From the NCBI GenBank assembly GCA_031273075.1, contig JAISSM010000019.1, positions 1-35,151 of the forward strand: 35,151 nucleotides of DNA, read 5' to 3'. This document shows, piece by piece, positions 7,901 to 16,892 of the stretch (the first letter of the stretch is position 1; the number at the start of each line of letters is the position of its first letter). Made by a program: the position numbers and the translations under genes. The stretch comes from Rickettsiales bacterium. GTDB lineage: Bacteria > Pseudomonadota > Alphaproteobacteria > Rs-D84. Below the pieces are notes generated by a model. It had not been told where the DNA came from. It was given only the letters and a program-made list of their open reading frames with translations, and made no database searches.

Positions 7901-7916
7901 GCCGGCACTCACTTTT

Positions 7917-8774
7917 TTATGTTATCGCGGCGCGGCGGCGGAGTTGTTTCAGCAATTGATCGGCCTGGAACAATGCGCGTTTGTAAATCGCGTTTTGTTT
8001 TATTATATCGTCCAGTTGTCCCCACTCTTTCGTTTTCTTTTTATCGCATATCAAAAATGTCCGCCCCTCCGTCAACGGCGACCACGCAAAGACTTCAAGC
8101 CCTATAAAGTGTTCGCGTACTTCCGGCGCAAGCTCGTACTCCAGGGCATTTATTTTTTGCGGCGCTCCACCGAGTTTTTTCGCCATATTCTCGGCATCGA
8201 TGCACGAGTTCGGTTTTCCCAATTTATCATATATCTCTTTCGGAACGTCTATAAGGCGCAGAAACGTCACGTCCAAGGGCAAACCGTGCGCCCTTTCCAA
8301 ATCCGCCATTTCCATATCCAAATCCGATTCCGAGACAGATATCGACGGAACCAGCGCGCGCATTATCATTATTTGCCACGAAAGCGTCGCGCGCGCATAA
8401 AGCCGCATTTGCGGATTATCCTTGTGTTCTTTTATCGCGGCCGCGACTTCCTTTTCAGACGGTTCTATTTTCATCGACTTGGCGTATTCGAGTTTTATAT
8501 AGTCGTCTATGATCGCGTTTTTCGCCGCGTCGCGATTATTAAGGGCCGGCGGTATTATCTTTGTTCTTTCCGTAATGTCGACGTCGGTTATCGGGTTGCC
8601 GTTCACGGTCGCGACGATCGTCGCCGCCATTGTCAATGAAGAATGAAGAATGAAGAATGAATAAAGAAAAATGAATAAAGCTCCCCCTCGGCGCCAAAGG
8701 CGCCACTCCCCCTCAAGGAGGGGGAGACAGGGGCCGCCCAGAAACCGAAATAAAAAACTTTCTTCATTCTTCAT
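7917..8774 (-). CDS. surA: SurA-like periplasmic chaperone (N-terminal chaperone domain, no obvious PPIase domain); start uncertain (8774 or 8630)
   Basis: ATVNGNPITDVDITERT... resembles the SurA N-terminal domain, and the gene lies directly downstream of lptD as in Proteobacteria. Only the 8774 start provides a signal-peptide-like N-terminus. Confidence 0.6.
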   Translation of the reverse strand: MKNEESFLFRFLGGPCLPLLEGEWRLWRRGGALFIFLYSFFILHSSLTMAATIVATVNGNPITDVDITERTKIIPPALNNRDAAKNAIIDDYIKLEYAKSMKIEPSEKEVAAAIKEHKDNPQMRLYARATLSWQIMIMRALVPSISVSESDLDMEMADLERAHGLPLDVTFLRLIDVPKEIYDKLGKPNSCIDAENMAKKLGGAPQKINALEYELAPEVREHFIGLEVFAWSPLTEGRTFLICDKKKTKEWGQLDDIIKQNAIYKRALFQADQLLKQLRRRAAIT

Positions 8775-8789
8775 TCTTCATTCTTCATT
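8635..8789. mobile_element. MITE-like element with 27-nt heptad terminal inverted repeats around GC hairpins
   Basis: AATGAA(GAATGAA)x3 at 8635-8661 faces (TTCATTC)x3TTCATT at 8763-8789. They flank hairpins ggcgcc-aaa-ggcgcc and ctccccct-caa-ggagggggag. Confidence 0.6.
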
Positions 8790-8792
8790 ATT

Positions 8793-10826
8793 TTACTTTC
8801 CCATTTTTATCGAAAATTTCAATTTGAACGACTGAGAGCCGCGAAAGCTCAATTCTTTGTCAGCATCGTATATTTTGCTCGCATTGTCAACGCTGTATAT
8901 GAATCCGAGCGTATAGCACGGATGTTCGTAATACACCCCCGCGTTGTATCTTTGCGGGGTTTGCTCTTTGAAATTATACACGCCCCAGCCGCGGACCGCC
9001 ATTCTGCCCGTAAGATAAACGCCCGCGCCGACGGTCCCTTCGGATATGTCGTCGCCGCCCCTGGTATAATCGTTGTCCAAAAACTGAACCGCCCATATGT
9101 ATCCGACCGACACATAGTTTTTCCCGCCGACGCGCACGTCCGTTTCCACATGGCGCAGATCGGCTCTTTCCTTGCCGAACCTGGATCTTGACGTAATGGA
9201 AAGCCCGTTCAGCGGATCAAGCCCCACGCGGCCGACCATATCGGACGCGCCGCGTCCAAGGGTATTATATCCGCTGTTGGGATCCGGACCGGAATCCGTG
9301 TCAAAGTCATAGGTTTGGCCTATGAAAATTTCCGCCCCGCGCCCCGCCTCGTCGTACCCGGTCCACATGATCCCATAATCCGCATACGTTCCGTTCACCC
9401 ATTCGTCGTATCCGGAATATCTGTTGTTCGAAAACAGCGACGCGTCGGATAAAATCGCGCCCCTGGAATCAAGATTCGCAAAGTTCTCGTTTCTGGACCG
9501 CCCCAGCGCCGTCACGCGCGCCTTCGGCCTTATGATTTGCGTGAAATCATTCCCGGCGCGGACAAACGGCATTTCCCAATCGACATAGCCGGACGGAAGC
9601 AGGCGCGATTCGTACCCGTCCCACATCCGATCCCTCGCGCTGTAATTATAATAGTAATAATGGTCGCTTCGCGCCGCGGCGCTTAGCGTGAATTTCTGCC
9701 ACGCGAATTCCAGCGGCGCGACCACGCGCCCCTCTCCTATCGCGCGGTTCACGGACCAATCGTTGTCCATATCGCCGATGCGCATCACGTCGCCCATGAA
9801 GCGGCCGTATAGATTTTCAGATATCCCGACCTGATATACGCCGTGGATCTTGGGCAAAATATCGCCGTCCGGAATCTTAGTCCGCCCCCAACCGCTTCTT
9901 AAGTCCTGGAATATGTTCGCGTCCATGGTCGCATAGCCGCGCTCTTCGAACAACTCCAACTTAACGTTCGATTCCAAAAACGGCTGGTCGTCGTAAAACT
10001 CGTATTGCTGAAGGTAAGTTTTGTCGGACGTGCGCTGAATATTCGCCTTGATGCGCGCGTTTTCGCCAAGCTCTATCGCATCGTTGTGGAACAGGTGCCA
10101 TCTGTCAAGCCCCGTTCCCCGCATTTTCGTGTACGACCCGGCCGTGTCGAATTCCGCGCGATCGGCGCGAAGGCGATGCTCTATCCGAACCAGCGGGTTT
10201 TCCCTGGTAAGGTACGTTCCGGTCACCGTCATATCGTGGTATCCGGAAAAATTTATGTAAAGCGGAACGTTTATCCCAGTTCCCGTATTGGTCGCGGAAC
10301 TGAATTCCGGAACAAGCAGGCCGGACCTGTATTTGACAGTCGGGTCCGGCTGAACGACAAGCGGAAGATAAAAAACCGGCACGCCGTACATATCGAACCA
10401 GAAATTATAAAAATACATTTCCTTGGCCGCGGCGTCGTGCGACGCCCCCGTCGCGCGGACCGTCCACGCCGTGACCGTTTCGTCGCAATTATGGCACGCG
10501 GTATAGGTTATATTGTCGGCCTTGGTCAAATCTTCATTTTTCCCGAACGTTTCGGCGGTCATCATCGTCCGTTCGTCCCACTCCATCACGACATTTTTTC
10601 CGCCCGCGGTCGTTTTCGACAGGTGCGCGTCCAAAAGCGTGATTTTCTGTCCGGTTTTTCCGACGATCTCCGTCTTGCCCGACGTTTTAAGGTTGCCCGA
10701 TTTCACGTTGTATTTCAATTTGTCCGCGGAAATTTCCTTGTATTCGACGTCAAGCGACGCCGCGTATGCCGCGGCAATGAAGAATGAAGAATGAAGAATG
10801 AAGAAAGAGCAAAGCAACTTTTTCAT
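8793..10826 (-). CDS. lptD: LPS-assembly outer-membrane protein LptD (OstA)
   Basis: 677 aa with signal peptide MKKLLCSFFILHSSFFIAAAYA, an OstA-like N-terminus and a large beta-barrel region rich in Y/G/aromatic-ended strands. Its ATG overlaps the stop of the upstream permease (ATGA). Confidence 0.88.
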   Translation of the reverse strand: MKKLLCSFFILHSSFFIAAAYAASLDVEYKEISADKLKYNVKSGNLKTSGKTEIVGKTGQKITLLDAHLSKTTAGGKNVVMEWDERTMMTAETFGKNEDLTKADNITYTACHNCDETVTAWTVRATGASHDAAAKEMYFYNFWFDMYGVPVFYLPLVVQPDPTVKYRSGLLVPEFSSATNTGTGINVPLYINFSGYHDMTVTGTYLTRENPLVRIEHRLRADRAEFDTAGSYTKMRGTGLDRWHLFHNDAIELGENARIKANIQRTSDKTYLQQYEFYDDQPFLESNVKLELFEERGYATMDANIFQDLRSGWGRTKIPDGDILPKIHGVYQVGISENLYGRFMGDVMRIGDMDNDWSVNRAIGEGRVVAPLEFAWQKFTLSAAARSDHYYYYNYSARDRMWDGYESRLLPSGYVDWEMPFVRAGNDFTQIIRPKARVTALGRSRNENFANLDSRGAILSDASLFSNNRYSGYDEWVNGTYADYGIMWTGYDEAGRGAEIFIGQTYDFDTDSGPDPNSGYNTLGRGASDMVGRVGLDPLNGLSITSRSRFGKERADLRHVETDVRVGGKNYVSVGYIWAVQFLDNDYTRGGDDISEGTVGAGVYLTGRMAVRGWGVYNFKEQTPQRYNAGVYYEHPCYTLGFIYSVDNASKIYDADKELSFRGSQSFKLKFSIKMGK
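10776..10802. repeat. GAATGAA heptad array inside the lptD signal-peptide codons
   Basis: AATGAA(GAATGAA)x3, identical to 8635-8661. In minus sense it encodes SFFILHSSFFI. Confidence 0.85.
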
Positions 10827-11896
10827 TTTTTACAAAGATACCATGTCAGGGCGGCGATCAAGACCAATTGTCCGGCGCCAAGGCAATACAACTCCGCGAT
10901 TGTGGACGCCGACGCCGAGACCGTCATAAACAACGTTTCGGACGAAATCATGGCGATCGCGGCGGCAAAGCCCGCAAAGCTGGCCCGTCTTCGAAGCGCG
11001 GTCGTTTTAAGAAGGCACGCCATCGCGATAAGAACGAATATCAGGCCCATAAGCGGGGATAAAAACCTTGTCGCGGCCTCCGACACTATCTTGCTTTTCT
11101 GGGGCGGGCGGAAGTAATCGAGCGTTCGGATAAGCTTCATCAACTCGCCCGTCGAGACGCGCCGGGCGCGAAGCAATTCGGATTCTTTGGCGTCGTTCAT
11201 TTCCAGATCCATCTGCGCGCCGTCGAACGTTCCCATCATCACGCCGCTTTTGCCGCCCATTTGAAGCGCGCCCGCGCCCATGACTATGGAAAGGCCGTTC
11301 GGCGTGTTTATCAATTTGCCGTACTCGGACGTTATAAGCCTTTCGTCGCCGGGATTCCGCGCGTCGCGCATGACAAGGCCTATAAGGTCTTTCTGATTCA
11401 CCTGCTCCACATAAATCACGACGCCGTTCGTCATCTGGTTGAACGACGATTCGCGAAGCTTCAAGTGTCCGATGCCGTATCGAAGCTCCCACTGCGCGGA
11501 ATAGAACATATCCTGGGTTTTCGGTATAAGCCAAAGGCTTGCCCCGTAATTCAGGATCATTATCACAATCGCGAACATCAAGGCCGGGCGCCCTATTCTT
11601 ACGGGCGACATTCCGCAGGCGCTTAAAACCGGTATTTCGTTTTGCTCTATCATTTTGCCGTATACGAACATGACGCTTATAAACACCACGAACGGCGTTA
11701 TGATGCCTAAGAGCATCGGGATCGTATAGACCGACATGCCCACGAATCCGCCGATGTCGACCCCGTATTTGATTATCAATTTCATCAAAAGCAATATCTG
11801 AACCATCCACGCAAGGCCGCCCAAGACAAGGCTGAATCCGGCGAACGACGCCCATATTTGACGGGAAAAATATCCGCTTATTATCATAGGGGCCAT
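10823..11896 (-). CDS. LptF/LptG-family LPS export permease (YjgP/YjgQ)
   Basis: Multi-TM protein of about 357 aa with a central periplasmic domain, adjacent to lptD. Start taken at ATG 11896; the track start at 11923 is a TTG. Confidence 0.8.
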   Translation of the reverse strand: MAPMIISGYFSRQIWASFAGFSLVLGGLAWMVQILLLMKLIIKYGVDIGGFVGMSVYTIPMLLGIITPFVVFISVMFVYGKMIEQNEIPVLSACGMSPVRIGRPALMFAIVIMILNYGASLWLIPKTQDMFYSAQWELRYGIGHLKLRESSFNQMTNGVVIYVEQVNQKDLIGLVMRDARNPGDERLITSEYGKLINTPNGLSIVMGAGALQMGGKSGVMMGTFDGAQMDLEMNDAKESELLRARRVSTGELMKLIRTLDYFRPPQKSKIVSEAATRFLSPLMGLIFVLIAMACLLKTTALRRRASFAGFAAAIAMISSETLFMTVSASASTIAELYCLGAGQLVLIAALTWYLCKK

Positions 11897-12012
11897 TATA
11901 GACTTGCGAATCGGAAAAAACAATACTATAATGCCCCTGTTCTTGAAAGATTTTTAAGGGCGGCCCAAAAAGAAGGCCGCTTCTTTAATAAGGAAATGAA
12001 AAGGAGAAGCAT

Positions 12013-13599
12013 ATGTCCGTAATAGAATCCATGCCAAGACAAGATTTGTTGCTCGGCATCGCGGGAATCGCGACCGAAAAGCTTATAGATATAGAGGTCG
12101 TGTTTGAGTCGCTTGAACAGGCTTTGGTCAAAATCGCAAAGCAGAAATACGGCGAAGAGTGGAACATCGATGTGAAAATCGACCGCAAAAACGGCGCGAT
12201 CGTAGTAAAGCGTTTGTTCGACGTAATCGCCGACGACGCGAAAAACACCGAAGAATACAACGCGTTCACCCAGCTTACCGCGATCGAGGCGAAAAAATAC
12301 GCGGACGCGCCCAAGGTCGGCGACGTCGTGTTCGACCGGCTTCCCGAACCGGAATTCGGACGCATGGCGTTCCAGACCGCGAAACAGATCATGACCGCCC
12401 GCGTCCGCGACGCCGAAAAAGGCCGCCAATACGAAGAATTCAAGGACTCTATCGGCGATATCATCAGCGGCGTCGTAAAGCGCAACGAATACGGCAACGT
12501 TTTCCTCGACATCAACGGCAAGGCCGAAGGATACATTCGCGGGACGGAACTTATCCCGGGCGAACGGCTTCAAGTCGGCGACCGCGTGCGCGCGCTTATC
12601 CTGGACGTCGTGCGCTCCAATTCCCAGCCGCAGATACTTTTGACCCGCACGCATCCGATGTTTATGGAAAGGCTGTTTTTTCAGGAAGTGCCGGAAATAT
12701 ACGAAGGGCTTATTAAAATTAGAAGCGTCGCGCGCGCCCCCGGAAGCCACGCGAAAATCGCCGTTTCCACGGACGACCCGTCCATAGATCCGGTCGGAAT
12801 GACCGTCGGAATCAAGGGCACCCGCATTCAGCCCGTGATCAACGAATGCCACGGCGAAAAAATCGACGTGATTTTATTTTCCGACGATCCGGCCCCCTAT
12901 ATAGTGAACGCAATATCGCCGGCCAAGGTCGTGCGCATCGTCGTGGACGAGGATACCCACGGCGCGATCGTCGTCGTGAACGAGGATCAGCAATCTTTGG
13001 CCATCGGACGGCGCGGACAAAACGTGCGCCTCGCGTCCCAGCTTACCGGATGGAACATCGACGTCATGAACGAGGTCCAGGAGCAAGAGCATCGCGCCAA
13101 AGAAACCAAAGAAAAGACGGAACTGTTCATGACCGGGCTTGACATCGACGACATGGTCGCAAAAATCCTTATCGGCGAAGGGTTCCGCACCATCGAAGAA
13201 ATAGCGTTCGTGGACGCGTCGGAACTTTCCGGCATCGAAGGGTTCGACGCGGATCTGTCCGCGGAACTGCAAAACCGCGCCAAGGCGTTCATCGAATCGA
13301 AGGAACAGGAATACATCAAGCTTTGCATCGACCTTAAAATCGAAGACACTTTGCGCGATTTCGGATTCATAAAGCGCGAAGTCATATTGGAGCTCGGCCG
13401 CAACGCGATCCGGTCGATCGAAGATTTGGCGGACCTCGACGTGGACGAGCTGGTCTCCATATTGGGCGAGGATAATATGAGCGAGCATTTGGCCGGACGC
13501 ATCATCATGAAAGCGCGCGAAATCGCATACGGCATAGGGGTCGAAGAGGAAAAGGAAGAGGCGGACGAAGAAACAAACAAGGAAACCTTGGAACAATAA
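12013..13599 (+). CDS. nusA: transcription termination/antitermination factor NusA
   Basis: 528 aa with an S1 region (GDIISGVVKRNEYGNVFLDI), KH regions (AKIAVSTDDPSIDPVGMTVGIKGTRIQ; AIGRRGQNVRLASQLTGW) and C-terminal acidic repeats. Confidence 0.96.
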   Translation: MSVIESMPRQDLLLGIAGIATEKLIDIEVVFESLEQALVKIAKQKYGEEWNIDVKIDRKNGAIVVKRLFDVIADDAKNTEEYNAFTQLTAIEAKKYADAPKVGDVVFDRLPEPEFGRMAFQTAKQIMTARVRDAEKGRQYEEFKDSIGDIISGVVKRNEYGNVFLDINGKAEGYIRGTELIPGERLQVGDRVRALILDVVRSNSQPQILLTRTHPMFMERLFFQEVPEIYEGLIKIRSVARAPGSHAKIAVSTDDPSIDPVGMTVGIKGTRIQPVINECHGEKIDVILFSDDPAPYIVNAISPAKVVRIVVDEDTHGAIVVVNEDQQSLAIGRRGQNVRLASQLTGWNIDVMNEVQEQEHRAKETKEKTELFMTGLDIDDMVAKILIGEGFRTIEEIAFVDASELSGIEGFDADLSAELQNRAKAFIESKEQEYIKLCIDLKIEDTLRDFGFIKREVILELGRNAIRSIEDLADLDVDELVSILGEDNMSEHLAGRIIMKAREIAYGIGVEEEKEEADEETNKETLEQ

Positions 13600-15935
13600 T
13601 GGCAACACTAACGCTGAAAAAATCGGTGAATACGGATTCGGTCGTCTCCAAAAAAGGCGACACCGTTTTCGTGGAGCGCAAGCGGACGATCACCATGCCC
13701 GGCCAAAATCTTCTGGTCGACGCGCCAAAGTCCCCGAACGCGGCGAAATCGGCCCAGGACGAAAAACTTCGCGCGGTGCTTGCCGCCGCGAAAGAGCGCG
13801 AGGAAGACCGCCGCAGAAAAATGCGCGAAGAGGAGGAACTTCAGACTCAGCGCATGCGCGAAATAGCCCAGGAAAAAGAGAACTATGCCGCCGTCAAGGA
13901 AAAACTTATCCAAAAACAGGTCGGCGAGAAAGACGCCGACGACGGTTCTTCAAAAGGATTCGCCCCCCCCGCGGCCGCGAACCCGAGAAAATCTTTCGAC
14001 GACGACGCGCCCTCCAAGGAAAAGAAAAAGGTCAAGGATTTCTCCAAGGGCAAGATTTCCGTCCGCGATATCATAATGGACAGCGACGAGGACGTCACCA
14101 TTCGGGAAGAGCACCGTAGAAGCGAGGCCTCCATACGGCGGTTCCGCGAAAAAGCGCGCGCTATGTTCAAGCCCGTTCAGAAAGTCGACCGCGAAGTAGT
14201 CGTCGGCGATTCTATCACCGTCAAGGATTTGGCGCTTTCACTGGCGGAAAAGGTCGGCAACGTGATCAAAAAACTTATGGAAATGGGGATGATGGCGTCC
14301 CAAAACCAATCCCTTGACGCGGACACGGTGGAACTTGTCGCGGCGGAATTCGGCGCGAAGGTAAAGCGCGTTCAGGAAAGGCCTTTCGCGGATTTGCTGG
14401 AACGCCGACCCGATCCCGAAAATTTGAAGCCGCGCGCGCCGATAGTCACGGTCGTCGGCCATGTCGACCACGGAAAGACGTCCTTACTCGACGCATTCCG
14501 CGGCACGTTCGTCGCGTCGGGCGAATCCGGCGGGATCACCCAGCATATCGCGGCCTATGAAGTCAAATCGCAAAACGGGCGGACGATCACGTTTCTGGAC
14601 ACCCCCGGGCACGAGACGTTTTCCGCGATGCGCCGCCGCGGCGCCCTTATGGCCGACATAGTGATACTTGTCGTCGCGGCCAACGATTCGGTGAAACCCC
14701 AGACCATAGAGGCGCTTAAACACATCAAGGACGCCAACGTTCCGTTCGTGGTCGCCATAAACAAAATCGATTTGCCGGACGCGAATCCGCAAAAGGTCCG
14801 CACCGATCTGCTTCAGCACGGAATCCAGGTCGAAGAGATGGGCGGCGACGTCATGGCGGTGGAAATATCCGCAAAGGAAAAAACCAATTTGGACAAACTT
14901 GAAGACGCCATTCTGCTTTTGGCCGACGTCATGGATCTTAAGGCCGATCCCGACATGCCCGCGAACGCCGTCGTGGTGGAGGCGAAGATGGAACACGGCC
15001 TTGGTTCGACCGCGACCATTCTTATGCAGCAGGGAACGCTTTCGATCGGCGACGTCTTCGTCGTGGGCGAAACATGGGGCCGCGTGCGCGGGCTTATAAA
15101 CTCCGCCGGCGTACGCGTGAAATCGATAGGGCCCAGCGAGCCGGCCGTAATTCTCGGCATAACGTCCGTGCCGTCGGCCGGAGACGATCTTTGCGGGCTT
15201 TCAACGGAGGCCCAGGCGCGCGAAGTCGCGGCGTTCCGCGCCCATAAATCTAAAGAGTTGTCCAACGTCGCGAAGAAATCGTCGCTTGAAGACCTGTTCG
15301 AACAATCGAAAGAGGCCAAGAAATTGTCGCTTCCGATCGTTCTTCGCGCCGACGTTCAGGGTTCCGTGGAAGCGATCAAAGGCATGATCGGAAACATAGA
15401 AACCGAAAAGGCGAAAGTCGACATCTTGTCCGCCGGCGTCGGCGCCATCACCGAAGGCGACGTGCGCATGGCCGCCGCATCGAAGGCCGTCATCGTCGCC
15501 TTCAACGTGCGCGGCGACGGCGCGGTCAGGGATCTGGCCCGGGAACTTTCGGTCGACATATGGTATCACTCCGTGGTGTATCGCATTTCGGACGAATTGA
15601 AGGAATTCTTGTCGGGCAAGCTTGCGCCCGAACGAAGAGAGAATTTTATCGGCTATGCCGACATCATCCAATTGTTCACCGTCGGCAAGGGCGTGCGCGT
15701 CGCGGGATGCCGCGTGTCCGAAGGCGTCATCCGGCGCGACGCCAACGTCCGGTTATTGCGCGACAATGTTGTCGTATATGACGGCAAGATCGGCGTGATG
15801 AAGCGGGAAAAGGACGAAGTGAAGGAAGTCGGCAAGGGCGTGGAATTCGGTATGAGCTTTGATAAATACAACGACCTTTCCGTCGGAGATCGGGTCGAAT
15901 GTTATGAAGTGGAAAATATTAAGGCAACTTTATAA
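13599..15935 (+). CDS. infB: translation initiation factor IF-2
   Basis: 778 aa. G-domain motifs are present: [26 protein letters not shown]. The ATG overlaps the nusA TAA (TAATG). Confidence 0.97.
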   Translation: MATLTLKKSVNTDSVVSKKGDTVFVERKRTITMPGQNLLVDAPKSPNAAKSAQDEKLRAVLAAAKEREEDRRRKMREEEELQTQRMREIAQEKENYAAVKEKLIQKQVGEKDADDGSSKGFAPPAAANPRKSFDDDAPSKEKKKVKDFSKGKISVRDIIMDSDEDVTIREEHRRSEASIRRFREKARAMFKPVQKVDREVVVGDSITVKDLALSLAEKVGNVIKKLMEMGMMASQNQSLDADTVELVAAEFGAKVKRVQERPFADLLERRPDPENLKPRAPIVTVVGHVDHGKTSLLDAFRGTFVASGESGGITQHIAAYEVKSQNGRTITFLDTPGHETFSAMRRRGALMADIVILVVAANDSVKPQTIEALKHIKDANVPFVVAINKIDLPDANPQKVRTDLLQHGIQVEEMGGDVMAVEISAKEKTNLDKLEDAILLLADVMDLKADPDMPANAVVVEAKMEHGLGSTATILMQQGTLSIGDVFVVGETWGRVRGLINSAGVRVKSIGPSEPAVILGITSVPSAGDDLCGLSTEAQAREVAAFRAHKSKELSNVAKKSSLEDLFEQSKEAKKLSLPIVLRADVQGSVEAIKGMIGNIETEKAKVDILSAGVGAITEGDVRMAAASKAVIVAFNVRGDGAVRDLARELSVDIWYHSVVYRISDELKEFLSGKLAPERRENFIGYADIIQLFTVGKGVRVAGCRVSEGVIRRDANVRLLRDNVVVYDGKIGVMKREKDEVKEVGKGVEFGMSFDKYNDLSVGDRVECYEVENIKATL

Positions 15936-15936
15936 A

Positions 15937-15962
15937 AAATCGCCCGCAAGGGCGATTTTTAT
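15937..15962 (+). terminator. rho-independent terminator after infB
   Basis: Hairpin ATCGCCC-GCAA-GGGCGAT followed by T5. Confidence 0.8.
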
Positions 15963-15965
15963 AAT

Positions 15966-15993
15966 TAGCAATTAGCAGATAGCAGGTAGCAAT
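15966..15993. repeat. TAGCANN heptanucleotide tandem array (4 units)
   Basis: tagcaat tagcaga tagcagg tagcaat. Same position relative to a terminator as the 7685-7712 array. Confidence 0.85.
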
Positions 15994-16706
15994 TAAGGGG
16001 TGCAAGCGGTATAAGTGAACGTTCCTTTTGAATCCGAATAAGTGCCCGATATGGTAAGTGCCGGTGAAGTGGTTTCTTCATAACCAGTTCCGCATGACGC
16101 CGTGTCCGCAACGGTTTTGTAATTGGAATTCGTGGTACATGTTCCGCTCGCCGGACAGGTTACGGAGGATATGGTGGTTGGCGCCGGTATTGTGAGGAGC
16201 GCGGAACGCGAACACATGCTGTACGTGCCGTCCCGGATACAGTAGATCGCGCAGCGGTTCGCGCAAAACTGCCGACAGTCGGCCGCGCCGAGGTCGTAGT
16301 TGCCGCCGAAGTACACCCAGGGCGCGCCATTACTGTCCGCCGGACAGGTTTGATTATTAGTACTATCAACTATGTTGGTGACACGACACCAGCAATAGTA
16401 TCCACTACTAGAAGTGTTGGCCACGGGTGGATTTGTCGAATTGTTTGCGGCGCATCTCGATTGACCGCTTATACTTCCAGTTCTGCCAAGTCCGTTTGTT
16501 ATTGTAACAGTAAACGTTGCATCGGCACTGGATGAGGCCGTTTGGCATGTAGGGTTGCATGTATGACTGCTGTTACTGGATATACTGGTATTGCTATTCC
16601 AAGGGTGGGTGCTTACCCAATCGCATGGTATTCCTTTGCACAGTTTTACGGCAAACGCCGGCGGCGCAAGCGCAATAAAGAAAGTGATCAATAAAAGTTT
16701 TTTCAT
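15993..16706 (-). CDS. Cys/Ser/Thr/Asn-rich secreted protein (orphan)
   Basis: 237 aa from ATG 16704-16706 with an AAGGA SD. Signal peptide MKKLLLITFFIALAPPAFA, about 20 Cys, AT-rich codons. The track's upstream extension reads through repeats. Confidence 0.7.
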   Translation of the reverse strand: MKKLLLITFFIALAPPAFAVKLCKGIPCDWVSTHPWNSNTSISSNSSHTCNPTCQTASSSADATFTVTITNGLGRTGSISGQSRCAANNSTNPPVANTSSSGYYCWCRVTNIVDSTNNQTCPADSNGAPWVYFGGNYDLGAADCRQFCANRCAIYCIRDGTYSMCSRSALLTIPAPTTISSVTCPASGTCTTNSNYKTVADTASCGTGYEETTSPALTISGTYSDSKGTFTYTACTP

Positions 16707-16740
16707 GGTATGTTCCTTTTTATCTTTGCAGAGCATAAGT

Positions 16741-16860
16741 TCCCCTCTATGGAGGGGTGGATTGCGAGCCGTAGGCGAGCAAGACGGGGTGGTTCTGCGG
16801 GCTTGGAAAACCACCCCGGCCCTTTCAGGGCCACCCCTCCGACGGAGGGGAACCTGTGCC
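16741..16860. repeat. array of GC-rich mini-hairpins related to 7717-7900
   Basis: cccct-ctatgg-agggg; ggggtggtt...aaccacccc; ggccc-tttca-gggcc; cccctcc-gac-ggagggg. attgcgagccg-taggcg matches the reverse complement of 7790-7817. Confidence 0.7.
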
Positions 16861-16867
16861 CTGCATT

Positions 16868-16892
16868 AAAAAAACCGCCAAGGAATTGGCGG
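16868..16892 (-). terminator. rho-independent terminator (minus sense) closing the ncRNA candidate
   Basis: In minus sense: CCGCCAAUUCCUUGGCGG followed by U7. Confidence 0.7.

Noticed and set aside
7854-8639. 261-aa plus-strand ORF opposite the surA-like gene; 10005-10787 opposite lptD is the same case
   Set aside because: Arg-rich shadow ORFs. The minus-strand products have coherent SurA-like and LptD-like features and operon context.
8635-8789. Heptad arrays (GAATGAA, TAGCANN, GGGATTC) considered as possible CRISPR arrays
   Set aside because: The units are 7 nt and directly tandem with no spacers. Arrays are only about 27 nt long. There are no cas genes. This is not CRISPR architecture.
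11926-12852. 308-aa minus-strand ORF overlapping the start of nusA
   Set aside because: It lies antisense to NusA, whose S1/KH motifs are clear. It has no SD and a biased Arg/Phe/Asp composition.
15993-16814. N-terminal extension of the Cys-rich protein (track start at 16814)
   Set aside because: The extra 36 codons read through the GC-hairpin repeat array. The internal ATG at 16706 has an AAGGA SD and yields a canonical signal peptide.
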